A stretch of 62,924 bases of DNA, counting the filler. It is 5 parts of 5 records of this genome, joined end to end, with 100 filler letters (N's around TTAATTAATTAA, not from the genome) between each part and the next. Parts side by side here need not be neighbours in the genome. Positions count along the whole stretch, not along the records: positions 55,340 to 62,924 come from SRR31156797_1200; 4 more parts are not named here. One strand, 5' to 3'. How positions within the stretch are numbered: position 1 is the stretch's first letter; every line of letters starts with the position of its first letter. Position numbers and translations under genes: made by a program. The notes under the pieces are model-generated. The model was not told the origin of the DNA and searched no databases. It saw nothing but the letters and a program-made list of their open reading frames with translations. Of the stretch, positions 61,688-62,924 are shown piece by piece.

Positions 61688-62308
61688 ATGGGAAAGAATA
61701 TTATTATCGGTATCGCTGGAGGAAGCGGTTCCGGAAAGACCTCGGTAGCGAAGGCGCTTGTCAAAGACATGCACTTGAACGGTACCGTGATCATTGAACA
61801 AGACTGGTATTACAAAGATCTGGCTCATCTTCCTCAGGAAGAAAGAATGAAATGGAATTTTGACCATCCCAATTCCGTTGAATTTGATCTCTTGATCAAA
61901 GATCTGAAGAAAATGCTGAAAAGCGAGACCGTTGAAGTTCCACAATACAACTATGTCACTCATTCCCGTGCAAAAGAAACTATGATCATCAAACCCCAAA
62001 AAGTGATCCTGGTTGAAGGCATTATGGTTTTATATGAGCCGAAATTAAGAAATCTGCTCGATATTAAGATATTTGTTGATACCGATACGGATATACGTTT
62101 TATTCGTCGCCTCAAAAGAGATATATATAAACGCGGAAGAGCAATAGATAATGTGATCGATCAATATATGCAAACGGTTAGGCCAATGCATGAGACCTTT
62201 GTGGAACCCAGCAAGCGATTTGCTGATATTATTGTCCCTGAGGGAGGACATAATAAAGTTGCGATCGATCTTTTAAGAACAAAAATTACATCACTAATAG
62301 CCGGGTAG
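61688..62308 (+). CDS. udk: Uridine kinase
   Basis: [34 protein letters not shown]. Confidence 0.95.
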   Translation: MGKNIIIGIAGGSGSGKTSVAKALVKDMHLNGTVIIEQDWYYKDLAHLPQEERMKWNFDHPNSVEFDLLIKDLKKMLKSETVEVPQYNYVTHSRAKETMIIKPQKVILVEGIMVLYEPKLRNLLDIKIFVDTDTDIRFIRRLKRDIYKRGRAIDNVIDQYMQTVRPMHETFVEPSKRFADIIVPEGGHNKVAIDLLRTKITSLIAG

Positions 62309-62315
62309 GGGAAGT

Positions 62316-62924
62316 ATGAATACGGGATGGCGTCCAATGAATGGACATATTGAGGTTGTTTGCGGTTCAATGTTCAGCGGAAAAACGGAGGAATTGATCC
62401 GTCGATTGCGCAGAGCACAGATCGCAAAGCAAAAGGTCGTAGTTTTTAAACCTAAGATCGATAATCGTTTCCATAAAGAAAAGATAGTATCTCACAGCAA
62501 ACAGGAGATCCAGAGTATTGTGATCAGAAATGCTGATGAGATCTTGCAACATGCGGTATTTGCCCAGGTCATCGGAATTGATGAAGCGCAGTTTTTTGAT
62601 AACAATTTGATCGATATCGTACAAAATCTTGCCGATAGCGGTAAACGAGTGATCATTGCCGGTTTAGATATGGATTATCGTGGTGTGCCCTTTGAACCCA
62701 TGCCGCAATTACTTGCCATGGCAGAAGATATTACTAAAATGCATGCTATTTGTATGCGTTGTGGAGCGCCCGCTAATTATACCTATCGCATGACGTCTTC
62801 CAAGGAACGTGTTGTTGTTGGAGCCGGAGAAGTATACGAAGCACGTTGCCGACATTGCTACGAAGCTCCGGATGAAATGGACGACATAAAGCCCAAAAAT
62901 AAAAATGAGAATAAACAAGCGAGT
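62316..62924 (+). CDS. tdk: Thymidine kinase (missing from the ORF track because the stop lies beyond the window)
   Basis: Hand translation: [48 protein letters not shown]. Confidence 0.95.
   Translation, partial: MNTGWRPMNGHIEVVCGSMFSGKTEELIRRLRRAQIAKQKVVVFKPKIDNRFHKEKIVSHSKQEIQSIVIRNADEILQHAVFAQVIGIDEAQFFDNNLIDIVQNLADSGKRVIIAGLDMDYRGVPFEPMPQLLAMAEDITKMHAICMRCGAPANYTYRMTSSKERVVVGAGEVYEARCRHCYEAPDEMDDIKPKNKNENKQAS

Overview
This window is not one locus. It joins five unrelated contigs with identical artificial 100-nt spacers (N-run, TTAATTAATTAA, N-run) at 7331-7430, 27472-27571, 42719-42818 and 55240-55339, so no synteny should be read across them. (1) 1-7330 is an AT-rich surface-glycan cluster (rfbF-rfbG-rfbC, two radical-SAM genes, a CmcI-like gene, a convergent FkbM methyltransferase) next to a broken sigma54-activator gene. 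(2) 7431-27471 is GC-rich and probably spirochaetal. It holds a BMP/nucleoside ABC operon, an unusually large glutamate dehydrogenase, an EEP phosphatase, a YesN/YesM system with a sensor binding protein, a sugar ABC operon, cidA/lrgB and a 2-hydroxyacid dehydrogenase. (3) 27572-42718 is a plasmid or plasmid-like element: five 19-bp iterons, rep, a Gp49/HigB-XRE toxin-antitoxin pair, a type Ib parA plus RHH gene with phased GTAC-centred palindromes, an ardC-DUF3768 module with a structured leader and small unknown ORFs, gene remnants, a PHP-ATPase (Ppl-like) defence gene, an Eco57I-like type IIG R-M pair and a tyrosine recombinase. (4) 42819-55239 is Bacteroidota-like: an ArcE/COG2403-type ATPase, a TetM-like GTPase, a lipoprotein, a T9SS beta-helix protein and a giant Cys-rich repeat protein with no Lys or Arg over about 1,600 residues. 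(5) 55340-62924 holds a REP palindrome followed by a DUF4159-DUF4175-TPR-cdd-udk-tdk operon. The best candidate for something undescribed is the plasmid, where two defence modules are bounded by overlapping pairs of degenerate repeats, one derived from a recombinase gene. Other strong candidates are the plasmid's possible anti-defence ORFs, the Lys/Arg-free protein and the radical-SAM/CDP-sugar pathway. All family calls come from motif recognition by eye. No database searches were run, and taxonomic hints are inference.
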